The notes beneath the pieces were generated by a model that saw nothing but the letters and a program-made list of their open reading frames with translations, was not told the DNA's origin and did not search any database. Shown here piece by piece: positions 39,855 through 53,855 of a stretch of DNA of 64,000 bases (positions are counted from its first letter, which is position 1; every line of letters begins with the position of its first letter). Made by a program: the position numbers and the translations under genes. This stretch comes from Proteromonas lacertae (lineage: Eukaryota): the NCBI GenBank assembly GCA_002245135.1, contig NGBS01000618.1:1-64000 (forward strand), given 5' to 3'.

Positions 39855-42800
39855 CGTTTTATGTAATTGAATAGGATGTTATTAGTGAAGAAGCCCGTAA
39901 ACACATAATAGAACAAAGTCATTATATATCATTACATCTCTTACTTTCAAAATATAATATAAACCATTCACAGTATGATATTAGTGATAAAACATCTACT
40001 TTAATGGTTATTAATTACATTTTATCTCAAGTACAATCTCCAGAAGTTTTAAATGATGCATTGTTGCTTATTCCTATATATCCTTCCATTCACATTATTG
40101 ATGTTTACTCACAATACATATTCAATATTATTAGTATGTTATATATAATTAATTAATATTTAAATGTATATAGATTCATCAAATGGAATGTTATTGTTAT
40201 ATATAAATCCAGATAATTTAGAGAATAGAACAAATTTCATTTATCAAACAATTAGATGTTTATCACCATCTTTGATAATTGAATTATACAACATACTACA
40301 TCAGTATTTCATAGAACTAACATCAAATATGAATAATATTACATGCAATACAGGATATATTTTAAATGCAGATGATATTGAAGAATATAAGTTATACAAT
40401 GAAATATTATACAGATTATTATCAATATTATTAAATGATGATAATGTTCAAAAATATATCAATTCAATTCCCAACTATAATTCTCATGTAAATATGAAAG
40501 CTCAAAATGTATTAAAGTCTCTCTATCAGTTAATTGATAAATATCATATGTATATAATACTATATTATTGTTTAGAGTAATATCATACTGTGATATATTA
40601 AGCTACAAGACAAAGTGTTTGGTACTTTCAAAATATATTGATAGAATAGCAAAAGATAACATAAACATTGTTGAATTAATCAATTTGGCTGATATATTGA
40701 GTTTATCTACAACAGAATTATATGTTAAACTCTCTCAAATTAATATTATGTATGGATTATTATATACATCTATAATAGATCTGGAGAGTATGATCAAGTG
40801 TTTGAATATATAAAGAAACTGTCAATTAATGATCCAGATAACGCACATTTCTATAAAGATATCTGCTTATCACTCATTATTACAGCGTTTAGTATTTCTT
40901 TTATGTTTTATATTTGATATAGAGAATCAAAGGAATTATAGCTATTTACCACTCAGTAAATTCTCTGATTGTGCATTATATTTGGTAATAAACTATCTAT
41001 TAACATGTAAGAATGAGAATATATCTGAAGCAATATTAATATACCAATCAATTACCTATTTCAATTCATTTCTTTCACTTTGCGATACTGTTGATGAGAA
41101 CGAAATAGATTGGGATAAGTATATATGTTATTATTATCTTTCTTATAGTGATGCAATTGATTTATTTACTGAACCACAGGTAACTACACCATCTAATGCA
41201 CTTTTATCTCATTCAAATCAATCAGATAATCCATTATATGAAAGTAATTATTATGTTGAAGATACAATGATGTTAAAAATCAATGAAGGAATGATGTTAG
41301 CAGTAAAATGTTTTGCAACATCAATCAAATCAAATTCTTCAAGTAATAACAATAGTAATAGTAATGACTTGATTGATTTTGTTAATTATTTGTCAGATAA
41401 TAGAGCACATCAATTATCAATATCAGTTCTATCTAGTTTTGGTAATTTGAAAGATATTACAACATATTTACCTGATTTATTGAGTCTATTATCTCAGAAA
41501 GTGTTGAATTGGAGAATTAATGATATTTCATTGACTCTAGCTTATATGTTACCACTGAATAGTGAAAAAGGATATAAATTATATGAGAAAAGTATAGAGA
41601 ATATAGATTTTGATTTTAAGTATATATATATATATATATATTTCTTCTTTTATATCATTTTGATAGTCGATTATTCAAAATATCTTGTCTTGGAATTGAT
41701 TTGAGTAGTTATTGGGGATTAGAAGACTTATGTTCATCATGCAATGACATGAGAATCAATTCATTTTGGTGTAAACATGTATAAATATACTTAATAATAT
41801 ATATGAATAGTTTATAAATTGGGGAGTTCAATTCAATCTATCAAAGTTTGATGATATACCTTATCTCAATACATTATTATTACCACTTCTAGAAAATACA
41901 AACTATGATTTGACATTACCTAAGTTGTTTGTGAAGAATAAAGCATTAGAGCTTAATACATTATACTTTGTTTTTATTAGATCCGTTTTGATAAATCCAA
42001 CACAACATGATTATATTGAATTATGTGAACCAATAATCAGTATAATGAATGAAAACAGTGTAAATAGTATTCTTTTTTCTGTTATTACAGAAGTTGATGT
42101 ATTTAGTAATCTTTTATCACTCTTATAGGGATATGATTATCAAAGATTATTATGGATTGCTGAAAAGTTGAATGAATTAAATCAGAATAATGAAATAATC
42201 GAAAGACATATAGAAATTTTGAATATTCTCTACAATCTATCAACAACAATGGAAAATGGTGAATATAAATACAGAAGAATCAATTATCATGAGTTAACTA
42301 AAGATCCTTGGCCAATCTTAAAAACTGTTTTAACTCCTCAAACATTTGATGATTTAATGACTTTAGCTTTGTCTTTAGAAATATCTTTGGATGATATTTA
42401 TATATTCTTAGTAAATCAATCCACAAATGTTCAGTATATATATATTACATTATTACTATATTATTAGAAATGGAAAATTACCTGAAGCAAAGACATTAGT
42501 TTCATATATTTCTCAGATTCAAGAGTATATATATATATATATAATGTTTAATTGTTATGATTAATAGTGTGTATAAATCAATTGATTTACTTTTGTCTTT
42601 ATTACAGAAATACCCAATTAATAATGATAAGATAGAATTATATGAGTATTATATTATATATATATGATTAAATATTTATTATAGTATGTTAATTAAAACT
42701 ATTCAACCGATGATAGTAAAAGAATGCAAATGTCCAATAAAACTAGAAGATGTAACAAGAAGTAAAAAGTGTGATTTTCTTCAATTATTGCTAAAGAGAT

Positions 42801-44456
42801 TGAATCTACCAGAATATAATGATGTAGTATCAACAAATAATATAAATATTGACAAATTGATATTTGATTTGTATATGAATTATTCATCACAAGCAGGGAG
42901 AGAACTGATTGAACATGATAGATCGTATATATATATAATATTTTATGTGAATAGTAAATTATGTGATTTGAATGATTCTAACAGTGTAGGATTAGTATCA
43001 ATTCACAATATTGTGGATCAAATATCAATTGAATGGTCCAAAGATGCTGAAAATTACAGAAATATCTGTTTAGACAGATTTTTATCTTATGACTATGAAA
43101 CACTAATAGCTAATAAAGGAAACAACATATTAGAATTATCATACTATGAGAATATGAAAATAATAAATGAGAATATTTGTTATGCTGTTTTATATATTTT
43201 ATCTCATGATAGAGATAATAGTGATATCTTATATGAAAATGGTAAAATATTAGCAAGAAAAGCTTATAATGAGAATATATGTTATAAAGAGAGAGTAATT
43301 GCTTTACAGTGTCTGTTTTTACTCTGTCCTTCAAATGTGATTGAGATATTAATGGACAAACCAATTAATGAAGTTCATATGTATTGGCAGTACTGTAAGT
43401 ATGATTATTATTATTAATTGTTATTATTGTTTATAGTTATTTATCAGTGTTAGAAGAAAAGAAATTGACATATTCATATGATGAAATAACATCAATTGAT
43501 AAAGAATATCTAATAAGTGGAATATTGAGAGATTATCCAAATGATGCTGAATTGGTAAATATGGTAACACAAATGCTATTAGATTTCAACATTAAGAATA
43601 TATCTTTTTATAATTGTTGTTAATCATTCTTCTAATCTGATTTCTTTAATTAAGAGTTTACCTTAAAATATGGATTAATGTGTTTAAGAAATTAGTCAAT
43701 TTGAGACAATATCGTTTGATAATAAAGATAATGATAGAATTAACCAAAACAGAATTAATAGAATCATATTCTCCTTTATCTGATTTGTGGAATCAAATAT
43801 TACAGAAACTAATACAAGAAATATGTAAACAATACCAAAACAGTATGAATAACATAGAGTATAAGTGTGAAGCAAATCATTTACTTAATAAGATAATAAT
43901 CATCTGTGAATCAAATCCATTCCTATTGAAAATGAATATATTGTCAATGATAAAAACACTCGTTAATATTGGAGATGATTTTATCCCAATTGTTGTTAGA
44001 TTATCATTGTTAATCCCTTCAATTAAAGGAAGAATAGATGTATTAAATCAATTTGTGAATAAAGGATATTATATAGAAGTATTATATGGATTAAGTAATG
44101 GAGTAAGTGAGATATCTTTAACAGAGAATTCAATAGAGTTGAATTTGATTCATAAGATATATGATGAAATAAATAAGCAGAAACTGTTCTATATGATTCA
44201 ACCAACTCAGTTTTATTCAGATTTTGTAGATTATTTGATATTCACTAATTCAATAGATTTTATCATTGAAAATTTTGTATGTAATGGAAATATTGATGAT
44301 GCAATTGGATTATTGAATAATTATAATGAGAAGAATGAAAATAAAGAAATGTCAATGACAAATAACAAGAATACAACAAGACTTCAACTATTGAAAGAGT
44401 TTATAACCGAATCTCAACTTTTAAGTAATAATCTATTATCTTTATTACCTTTCTAA
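37034..44456 (+). CDS. KNTC1: Kinetochore-associated protein 1 / Rough deal (Rod, RZZ complex), many short introns
   Basis: Motifs in Rod order: CYETNPLQRIK..LLRQG, FSPQNWHIF...EEGNIRNSILIWRRH, WLKHEVLPHM, MIDRV...IKPYCEKHGL. Gene length is consistent with a ~2,000-aa protein. Confidence 0.75.
39813..39852. repeat. (TA)n microsatellite in a KNTC1 intron
   Basis: Uninterrupted TA run of about 40 nt following an intron GT. Confidence 0.9.
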
Positions 44457-44563
44457 CTTGTAATCGATATTTGATATTGTTATTTTTGTTGTTTATAAAG
44501 CTTATTCAAAATAGAAATGAAAAACGCTCATATTTTCATTAATTGTCCAAATCACTTTTTGAA

Positions 44564-45423
44564 ATGAATATAGACGATGATGAAGTATATGATGAAATAG
44601 AGGATAAATATGAGACAATTTTGAGTAGAATTAATGAATTAATAGATTAGGAAACGAAGAGAAAGACATAGAAGAGTCAATTGAAAGTTACAAGAGTTTT
44701 TGCAAAGTTTACAAAGAATATAACGTTATTTGGTATAATATATATCAAAATTGATATTGTATAGGTTATATTTATCAAAATACAGAATAATCATGTTGTG
44801 TATAAAATTAAGTAGAGTATATCCTATATAATCTTTTAATGTTACATAGAAAGATGAATGTTTAGTATACTTGAGAGAATTGATCAATGATTACACGAGA
44901 ATGTTCTATAGAAGTGAATTTGAAGATAAATTAGTTGAAATACTGAGATTATTATCATCAATTCATAGAGCTGAAACTATAAGAAATGATTTTATGTTAC
45001 TGGAAGATGTATTAGAGAAAATTAGTTTTGATTTTGTATAAATATATATATATATATATATTATAGAGTGTTCCTTGGTCATTATATATCTCAATGATAG
45101 ACTATTATATCTCAAATAATGATAGTGATTCAATATACAGAATACGCACAAAGATGAATGGATTATTTGAAACTAGAAAAGATGAATTGAATTCCAAAAC
45201 AAAGATGATGATAATCAATACATACATAAGAATATTAGAGTATTTTGGTCGTCCAAAGGAAGGAATATTATTGTTTAGACCACTTCATCTACAACCACCA
45301 ATAGAACCACTATACTTTCAAAATACACTAGAACCTCTATCACCATCTTCATATGAGAGTTTGAATAATATGATAGAAGAAGATGATGATGAAGTAGAAG
45401 ATGATGAAGAAGAATGGATATAA
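44564..45423 (+). CDS. Small hypothetical multi-exon protein with acidic C-terminus
   Basis: ATG at 44564 and several short GT-AG introns. The last exon is track ORF 45094-45423. The 5' exon structure is uncertain. Confidence 0.45.
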
Positions 45424-45499
45424 GAGTGGTTGTGAATATCTAAAACAATTATCATTATAATTATAAAATGATTGTTTCTTTATTATTGAAAAAATTGCA

Positions 45500-47830
45500 T
45501 CAACTGTTTTTTAATTGCACAAACTCATTTCTCTTGTATATATCATCTGATTCACCACTTATCTATTATAACAAATATTACTTTCATATCTATTTTTTAA
45601 GTAATTTACTCAATTTTTGATCAAATGATAAATGTTTACAACAAATATCAATATATAGATCTAATTCCCTCGCAACTATTGTAATTATTGAGTTATTGAT
45701 GTTGCTATAAAATAGACCTTGGCTTGTATAGCCACGATAAGAATTTTCTAAGTGCTTTTTGTGACTTTAAATAGATTTTTCTCAATAACTATAAGGAATA
45801 AAATAGTAAAAATTTGTCAAACGATGTATCATGCTTTGAGCTTTATCATAGTATACTTAGTTTCATAATTACCTCTTTCATGTCATTCGTCTGTTTTTGA
45901 TATGTTACATTATAATTGAATAACAACAAACATAAATAATAACATTGATATATTTTTATTTGATTTATATCATTTATTAGCTTTAAAAACTATAATACAT
46001 CTCGAACTGTACTGATTTTAAATACCACGTATTTGGCTAATAGGGACTGAAATATGTTAATAAATTTTATACGTAATCACTACCTATATACGATATGTAT
46101 AGTATAGGAGTATTCCAGAAAGGACGATATTAATTTTGACTAGGTAATTGAATGTAATCATGATATTATGTGATTTTTGATGTATGTGTGTGTAGTTAAA
46201 TAGAGCCATATTGCTATTTTTGACTAATTGCTTCTAATTAAGAAGATATCAAAATATTTTTCATATCAGCACTATATGCTGTATTATTATGTTAATCTGA
46301 ATAGCTAAACCCCATAAATACACTGTATAACATATATTATAGATAAATTACTGAATCAATATTCTTCTCCCCTGGAATTCTGTTGCTATTCTAATAAAAT
46401 AACTATTAAAATATAAAAATAACTATAATACTTATATAATCATCTATAATATCTATAAACATAATAACAAATTAAAACATACCAGTATAGCTTAACATGC
46501 AAGTTGCTGATATTCTCTGCCTTTCATCGATTAGTACAATGCTAAACAGCTATAATAAAATATAATATACTAAAATAGTTATACTTTTTCTAATTATAAA
46601 ATATAATATATAAACTGGATGTTTCTACTGTTCTTCACCTGGAATTCTAATGCAATTCATCTAATGATAATATATAAATAAGAATATACTTTGAATTATT
46701 GAAATTATATTCAATACTCTACTAACAATATATAAATAAGAATAATATACTAATATACTTATAAGAATATATTCATTTACCTATTATAAAATAATAAAAA
46801 TAATACTGGATATACTAACTCAATAATACCACTATATACAAATCCAAATGTTATTTTCATATAATGGAGTAAAAACTAATAGAGTAAATAATAGATCAAA
46901 TACTTCTTAAATATAGGATTATCATTAACTTGATTCAATAAATACAATGATTGAACTGTTTCTAAATCAATTAATCCAAGAATAACATCAGCTAAATACT
47001 CTTGAATTGGAGATGGTTTAGAAGCTTCCAAGTTTTTTAATTACTATGAATAAATAAAATAAAATCAGAATATTCGTATCATCATACTTAATTTTCGTGT
47101 TCTCATCGAATGAATTGTTGAACTTACGATATATGTCTTTTCTACAGTTACTGTTTTGGCAACACCTGAAATCACACCAATTGTTGAATAAACATACCTA
47201 ATAATTCATCCTAACAAAAATAATTATAAAAAATATACTAATTCATCTTAGCTTCTTCATCATCAGACTTTACTATTTTATATTATAATAACAATTATAC
47301 TTATTTGTATTTGTTGGATTAATCGTTGATGGTAAACTTGGTTTATATTCTAATTATCCTAGTCTGACACCTAATTTAGATAATAAAATATATGATAATT
47401 GCTATAATACCAATATGCTAAATTAACAGAAATAGTTGAATTTCCTACTACTTATAACTCGAATAATATGTTGTACATCAAAAGTGCCAAATGTATTAAC
47501 AAGGTAAAAGTTTGTATATGTAGTTGATGAGCTTTAGTAAGACAGACTAAATCAAAGATGATAGTTGTATTTTTTTCTTCAAATGTTCTTAATTCTTCCC
47601 TTAGTTATAATATCTTTGATTTTTAATTATTAGAACTATTATCTAATTAACATATATGATAATATTATACTTCCTTCAACAATTATAATCAATTCCTGCT
47701 CTTTGTATTGTTTTGTATATTTCTTATCTGTAATAACAACACTTGTGCTGCCATTGTTATATTCTATATAAAATTATATACTATATATACTCATAACACA
47801 ACAGAAGAAAAAAGAATTAAAGTGTATTTC
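45500..47830 (-). pseudogene. Probable degraded, intron-rich gene remnant(s)
   Basis: Many host-style intron signatures on the minus strand (cta...atac on +) separate short protein-like stretches that contain stops. No ORF of 60 aa or more. Product not recognised. Confidence 0.3.
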
Positions 47831-48728
47831 AAAAATTATATTCGTTTCAGTTTTTAAGTTTTGAGAAATTAAATGAATGTATAAGTTTAGATTATTTTTA
47901 TTATAGTGAATAGATAATAATATATAGTGTACATGTCAATTTGATGTTTGATTCACATAAAGATGCTTAAAATAAATATCCAAGTAAAAATGTGAAGTGA
48001 AAGGCGGTTAAGAGAAAGTAAATATGCAAATTAATCTATTGGCTATATAAGTTATTGTCTAAAAATCAAATTTCAATAGATTCAAGGAATTATTTTATAT
48101 GTGATTGTATTTATACTAATGTTACAACAAATTACTATCATGTGAGTAGAATGAGTTTAGTGAGTAATTTTTCGACTTGGTTATGCAAATTGTGAATATA
48201 GGAAGTGAAGAGAAGAGAGAATATGATAAACCTAAGAGAATATTACAATCTTCCACATGTTTATACTATTAATTCAGTAGTAAATGTTCGAATTGGATTT
48301 GTTTCTTATTTAGGTTGGATATTACAACAACTAAGATAACACCGAATATGTTATATGCAAAAGTATCATTAGCTAATGATTATTTGAATTAGTGTTATTA
48401 TAAACTGATATACAGGTAAAATAAAAGCTTCCTATACATTTGATGTATGGTTTTTATAATAGAAACAGATAATGGTGACTAATACTCATCATCCATTATA
48501 AATGTAATAATAGATACCTAAGCCACTGACTATTTGTCAGGATGACTTAAGAATACTCTGTAGCAATATAACGGTTATTTCCCCCTTTGGCTTATTACTA
48601 TTGCTATTACTATTACTATTATTATTATTATTATATAGATATATATTATATTACTTTATAATGAAAAAATAAAAAAGAATAAAAAAGAATAAAAAAGAAT
48701 AAAAGAGAATTAATATTTATATATAAAT

Positions 48729-51700
48729 ATGAAATTTTTAGACATTCTAGTTCAATTATACCCTAATATAATACATGATGATGTTTATTATAGTAATTCT
48801 TACAACGTGTTGGTAGTTGATGATACTATTTATAATTTCAATGAAAATACTCAAAAATATTATGAAGTAGTTTTTTATGAAGAATTCACAAATATTGATG
48901 AATTAATTAATATATACAATAATAAGAAAGTAAATATATATTTTCAAACAGACAAACCATCCATCATCATTACATTGTTAAGATTTAATGTTATTATAAT
49001 TTATAAAAATCAATTCATATCTACAAAAGTGGCTCAATATTACTTAAGACAAAATTTAGATAATAAAAATGAAGATTTTCTTTTCTATAATAATGAAAAA
49101 GATGTAATAATGGATAAAGTTATTGATAACTTTCTATTTCTTGCTTTTATATATTTCAGTAAAGTAATTACTACAAATGTAGAAAGAAATATACCATTGT
49201 TTTATAAGTTAATTGATTGTTATAAAAGAATTAATAATAAATACAGAGATTTTGGAAAGTGTGTAAAATATGTATTTGATGTAATAGGAGAGTTGGATAG
49301 AGAAATTATAAAGAAAGCAAATGAAGAGGTTATAATAGAGAAATTATATTATCCTCAATTCTATAAAAGTTTTAATGTAATAAAGGGAAAAACAATCAAT
49401 TATAATAAAAAAATGGTAAGTAGTATTAATGATATAGATTATATAAATAATAATTATTGTGTATTAGATTCTATCAATCCATTTTTATTCAAAAGAAATT
49501 ATACTAGTAAAAAATCAGTGGAAGATATGGAATATTTGGTTGGTAAATCAATTAGAATTGATTTTCCTTATTATTTAACAAATGTAATAATTGATAGAAT
49601 ATTGTCATATAATTATACAATACAAAGTAAAGGATATGTTACAAGATCAAGTAGAAACAATAAATCAGCTGTATTAGATTTTTTGAAAATTAAAGAAACA
49701 ATTAATGAAGAATATAGAAAAGGTAAGTACATTATTCAATACTCTGTAGAAGATAAAGTTCATTATATTTCACTAGATGAAATAAATATTGATAGTGTAA
49801 TGAATAGAGGAAAAAGAAAAAGAAGAGAAAAAGTAATTAATAGAGAAGATACACACAATAATAAAAGAATAGATGTTGATAATAATAATATAAGTAACGA
49901 ATATGATGATATTGCAGCAGATGGTTATGAAGATGAAACAGATAGTTCTGACAATGATGATAATACTAATGATGAAGATTATAATATTCTTAATAATATA
50001 ACAAAGAATGACATTTCTAATAGAAATAATAATGTATATGATGAAGATAGTAATGATGGAGATGAAATTGAATTAGAAATAATGACTGATGAAGAGGAAA
50101 TAGCTGTAGATGAAAATGGAAGAGATGGTAATGATGATGGATATGTTGGTTTTCGTGATGATGATGATGATAACGATGAAATATTAGATGATTCAGTATT
50201 ATATGATGATAGAGATAGTGAATATGAAGGTAGAAATGGCGATAGTGATAAAGAAAAATTATCGGTATACTTATACTATTTCTTTCTGAAGAATTCTATA
50301 TCTCAAGATAAAGTAAATAAGTTATTGAAACAATTAAACTCAATAGAAACAATAAAGAATTTACATTTAAAAGAAACATTCAAGCCTTTACGAGATTATG
50401 TTGAAAAGGTAGTAGGATTAAAAAAACCAGACAAAAATAATTATATTACAATTGAAAGTGGGATTAGAAAAATGTTGAAGAAGAAAATAATTAAATTTGA
50501 TGATTCAATTAATAATAATAAAAGCAAATATAAGAGCATTTATAGTAGTAACAATTACAAAAACATTTATAATTTAGATGTAAATAGAGAAAATTTCAGA
50601 CATATTTTGTTACAGATCAGTAGTGATGGTGTTGAAATAAATCACTTTAGCTTTATTAAAAAAAGTGTAAATGTTTTATCATACAAAGTATTAAATAATT
50701 ATAATGACAGTAAATTACTTCAAGTAATAAATATAAGTGATAATGATGATAATATAAATGATATTACAAAATTAGTAGTTGATGAATTAAACAATATATT
50801 TATTAAAGGTATAGAGGTAGAAGGTGTCAAATATAATATATATTTGGTAAGTATAGTAGGTGATATGATTGGAATAATAAAACTAATGAAATTACATAAT
50901 TTCGTAGGTAGTAATAGTTTCTGTAGAACTTGCACAGCAACTACCAAAATCATTACTATTAATAAAATAATCAATAATGTTGTAGTTGAAGAAAAATTAA
51001 AAATAAAAGACTCAATGAGAGCTTATAAGAAGAAGTATCAGAATTTATATCCTCAATTTTATCAATATAAAGAAAAAAGACTATTCCATATATTTAATAA
51101 CTATTCATATAGTAGATTTTTAAGAACTTTCAATAAAAAGCAACACAAAGAAGATATACAAAGCAGTTTTCGATCATTAATTTACTATGACATTAACTTA
51201 ATAACTTTTGATGCGATGCATACAATAAACAACTGTTTTAATAGGTTTTATGATCAAATGAAAGACAATATAATTAATTTATACAACAATAATCAATTTA
51301 AAATGGTTTATACTCAATCTTCATCATTTTACAATCTTCAGCTAAATAAATTTACAAAGTATAACATGATAGAACAAAACCACTTCTTTTTATATATCCT
51401 ACCTCTAATGATAATAAAATTAAGAAAAGAGAGTGAAATAATGATTTATGATGGATTATTCAACATCATAGATATAGTAAATAATGCATTAAACTATCAA
51501 TTCAGTAATATCACTTTAAATAAGATGGAAGACATTTTAGTAACTAATTTAAATATTATGGAATTATATATATTCTTCACTCCATCCTGTCATGATTTGG
51601 TTCACTTAATTAAATATTTGTCTAATATAGGCCCGCTTATTCACCAGAGTACAAGTGTTTATGAAAGAAGTTATAAACAAATAAAAAACATCTCTATAAG

Positions 51701-52121
51701 TAATAATCATCAAAAAACATCAATCTTAAATACAATATCATCAATTAACCAAATATATGTTTATAATTATAATGAAAAAATGAAGATCAATAGAAAATAT
51801 AATCTAGTTATTAATGATTCTAGATCAATATCTGACCTTTTTAAAACATTTCCATCTATTCATTATTATTCAATTATATCCTTCCATAGTGGAGAAAATA
51901 TTCATTTTGGTATTATAAAGTCAATAAATAATTCGCAAATCCATTATAATGAAATAAATGTTACAAAAATTACATTAACAATATACAAATATATAAGCAT
52001 TACTACATTGGATAAAATTGTTGATATAAATGATATTATTATATTTAATAATATATTCAAATTCAGTGATGTAGAATATTATATCTTTATTAGTGAAATA
52101 ACATTCTATAAAGATTTGTAG
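48729..52121 (+). mobile_element. CACTA/EnSpm (CMC superfamily)-like DDE transposase ORF, 1130 aa, intronless; element ends not found
   Basis: An acidic tract is followed by ISQDKVNKLLKQL, LQISSDG, SIVGDMIG...HNFVGSNSFCRTC, FDAMH and HDLVHLIKYLSNIGP...VYER. This is the motif order typical of Tnp2/EnSpm-type transposases. Confidence 0.75.
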
Positions 52122-53855
52122 TTTAATCAATTAATATTCTAAATGTTTAATAATATTTGTTTGTTAAATATATGATGAAATCAAATACATTTGTTGTATA
52201 ACGTTGGGAGATAAATGGATTTTAGATTGCGTTGAAGTTATAAACGTAATCTAAATCCCATAAATATTACAAAAATACACTTATATTTTATTGTTCTGGT
52301 TACTCAGTTATATATGTATCACTGCTTGTTTATACTTAATATTAAACATCTGTAGCAATAGTAGAAAACGAAATTAAGGCTAAAAATGATTAGAATTAGA
52401 TAACTTTAATTTCTTTATACTTAATATTGAATTTGAAATTATAGGCTTGAAAGAGGTTTGAACTCAATTTTTATTTTTCCTTTTTTAATTACCTTAACAT
52501 CTTTTTTTTCACATCTTATTCATCTCAGGTGATGAATTTTTGTCTCCAGAAGCTTTAAATAAAATATATCGCAAATGTAGCTTATATACCAAAATAAGAT
52601 TATATTTGAATATAACTCACTACCTAGCCCTCTACTGTCATATTATTTTCTATAAAACCCATTTATCTCCCAACGGCATAAATCTCCTAATGGCTTATAA
52701 CAACATCGCATAATTCAATCAATTAAAATACTTCTCTTTACTGTCTTCTTCTCTTCTTGTCTTTTTCTAATACCTCTTCTTATTCCTCAACATTATCTAA
52801 TCTATTTATTCCTAAATTATCATCTTTGAACTTCTTTATATCACTTTCGTATATTAACAATGTAATTATTTCATCATTTTCATCACACATTTCTTCTTTA
52901 TAATTGTTTCTTAATCATCAATGTATAAATCATTTACTTTTTCATTAAATGTATATACACATGATACTATGAATATTATTCTATACAATTAGCAAATATA
53001 TGCATGTTTATATACAAAAATAGTTAAAATAACTAATTACAATCAAAATGATAATATTTTACACAAATAATAAAATTACATTAAAAGATGACAATTACAT
53101 GTATTTTTACTTCTTTTACTTTTTTTATTTTCTCATTTTTCTCTTCATATACTAATGAATATGTATTAATTTCTCTATCATGAATCAAATAAATAAATAT
53201 TCAATCTGAAGTTATATGTAATATAGGTTGCTAATCACTTTTTCTACTATATTACTTTGAAAGTGCATATAACGCAATATAAATTTTATAATTATACAAT
53301 TAAACATTAGATATAACTATATAACAACTAATTAGAATAGATCCTCTAAATTTGAAATGTCATTTATATACAAGGAGATATTTTCTTAGCTTTACTCACA
53401 TAGATTTACAATTTATATATTATCTTTAAGAATAATTCGAGAATTCTAATAAGTCTTCGGTACAAAGTGATTGCCCAGTGTTTGATAGTTTACTAATAGC
53501 AAGCGAATTTAGTTATGAAATATTACTTAATTTAGAAATATTGTTGGTTCTGTCGAGTTGGAATTTCTATTAAAAGTCTATCTAAAAAGTATTAAAATTT
53601 GATATTTTTAATTTATAGCTAAATACAAACTTCAACATGTAATTAATAGATGTGTAGAGTATTGGCTTTTTATTCAAACTTAAAGACAATTAAAAAACGA
53701 AAAGAAAATGGTGTTAAAGTCAAAATTCAACGAGCCCAGCTTGGGTCAAGTATATAAGTCCTATTTGCAAAATAGATTAGAATTCTTATAGTGGCTTGAG
53801 TTATTTTTCTTTTTTTAATTGTAAGTGAGCCATCCATTATTTTTTAAAATTGATA

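Noticed and set aside
16213..44205. Numerous 60-140 aa track ORFs antisense to the called genes (e.g. 16905-17291, 18574-18870, 31584-31994, 34463-34825)
   Set aside because: They lie opposite well-supported genes, have low-complexity shadow composition and show no recognisable motifs.
46078..46086. CACTACCTA as left terminus of the CACTA-like element (matches 52618-52626)
   Set aside because: Only 9 bp match, it overlaps an apparent minus-strand splice acceptor, and I found no supporting TSD or subterminal repeats.
48665..48710. (AAAAAAGAAT)x3 and neighbouring (TAT/TAC)n tracts upstream of the transposase
   Set aside because: These are simple low-complexity repeats expected in very AT-rich DNA, and they are not mirrored at the other end of the ORF.
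48729..52121. Endogenous viral gene (long, intronless, AT-rich ORF)
   Set aside because: The motif order fits an EnSpm-type DDE transposase. No capsid, polymerase or packaging ATPase is recognisable nearby.
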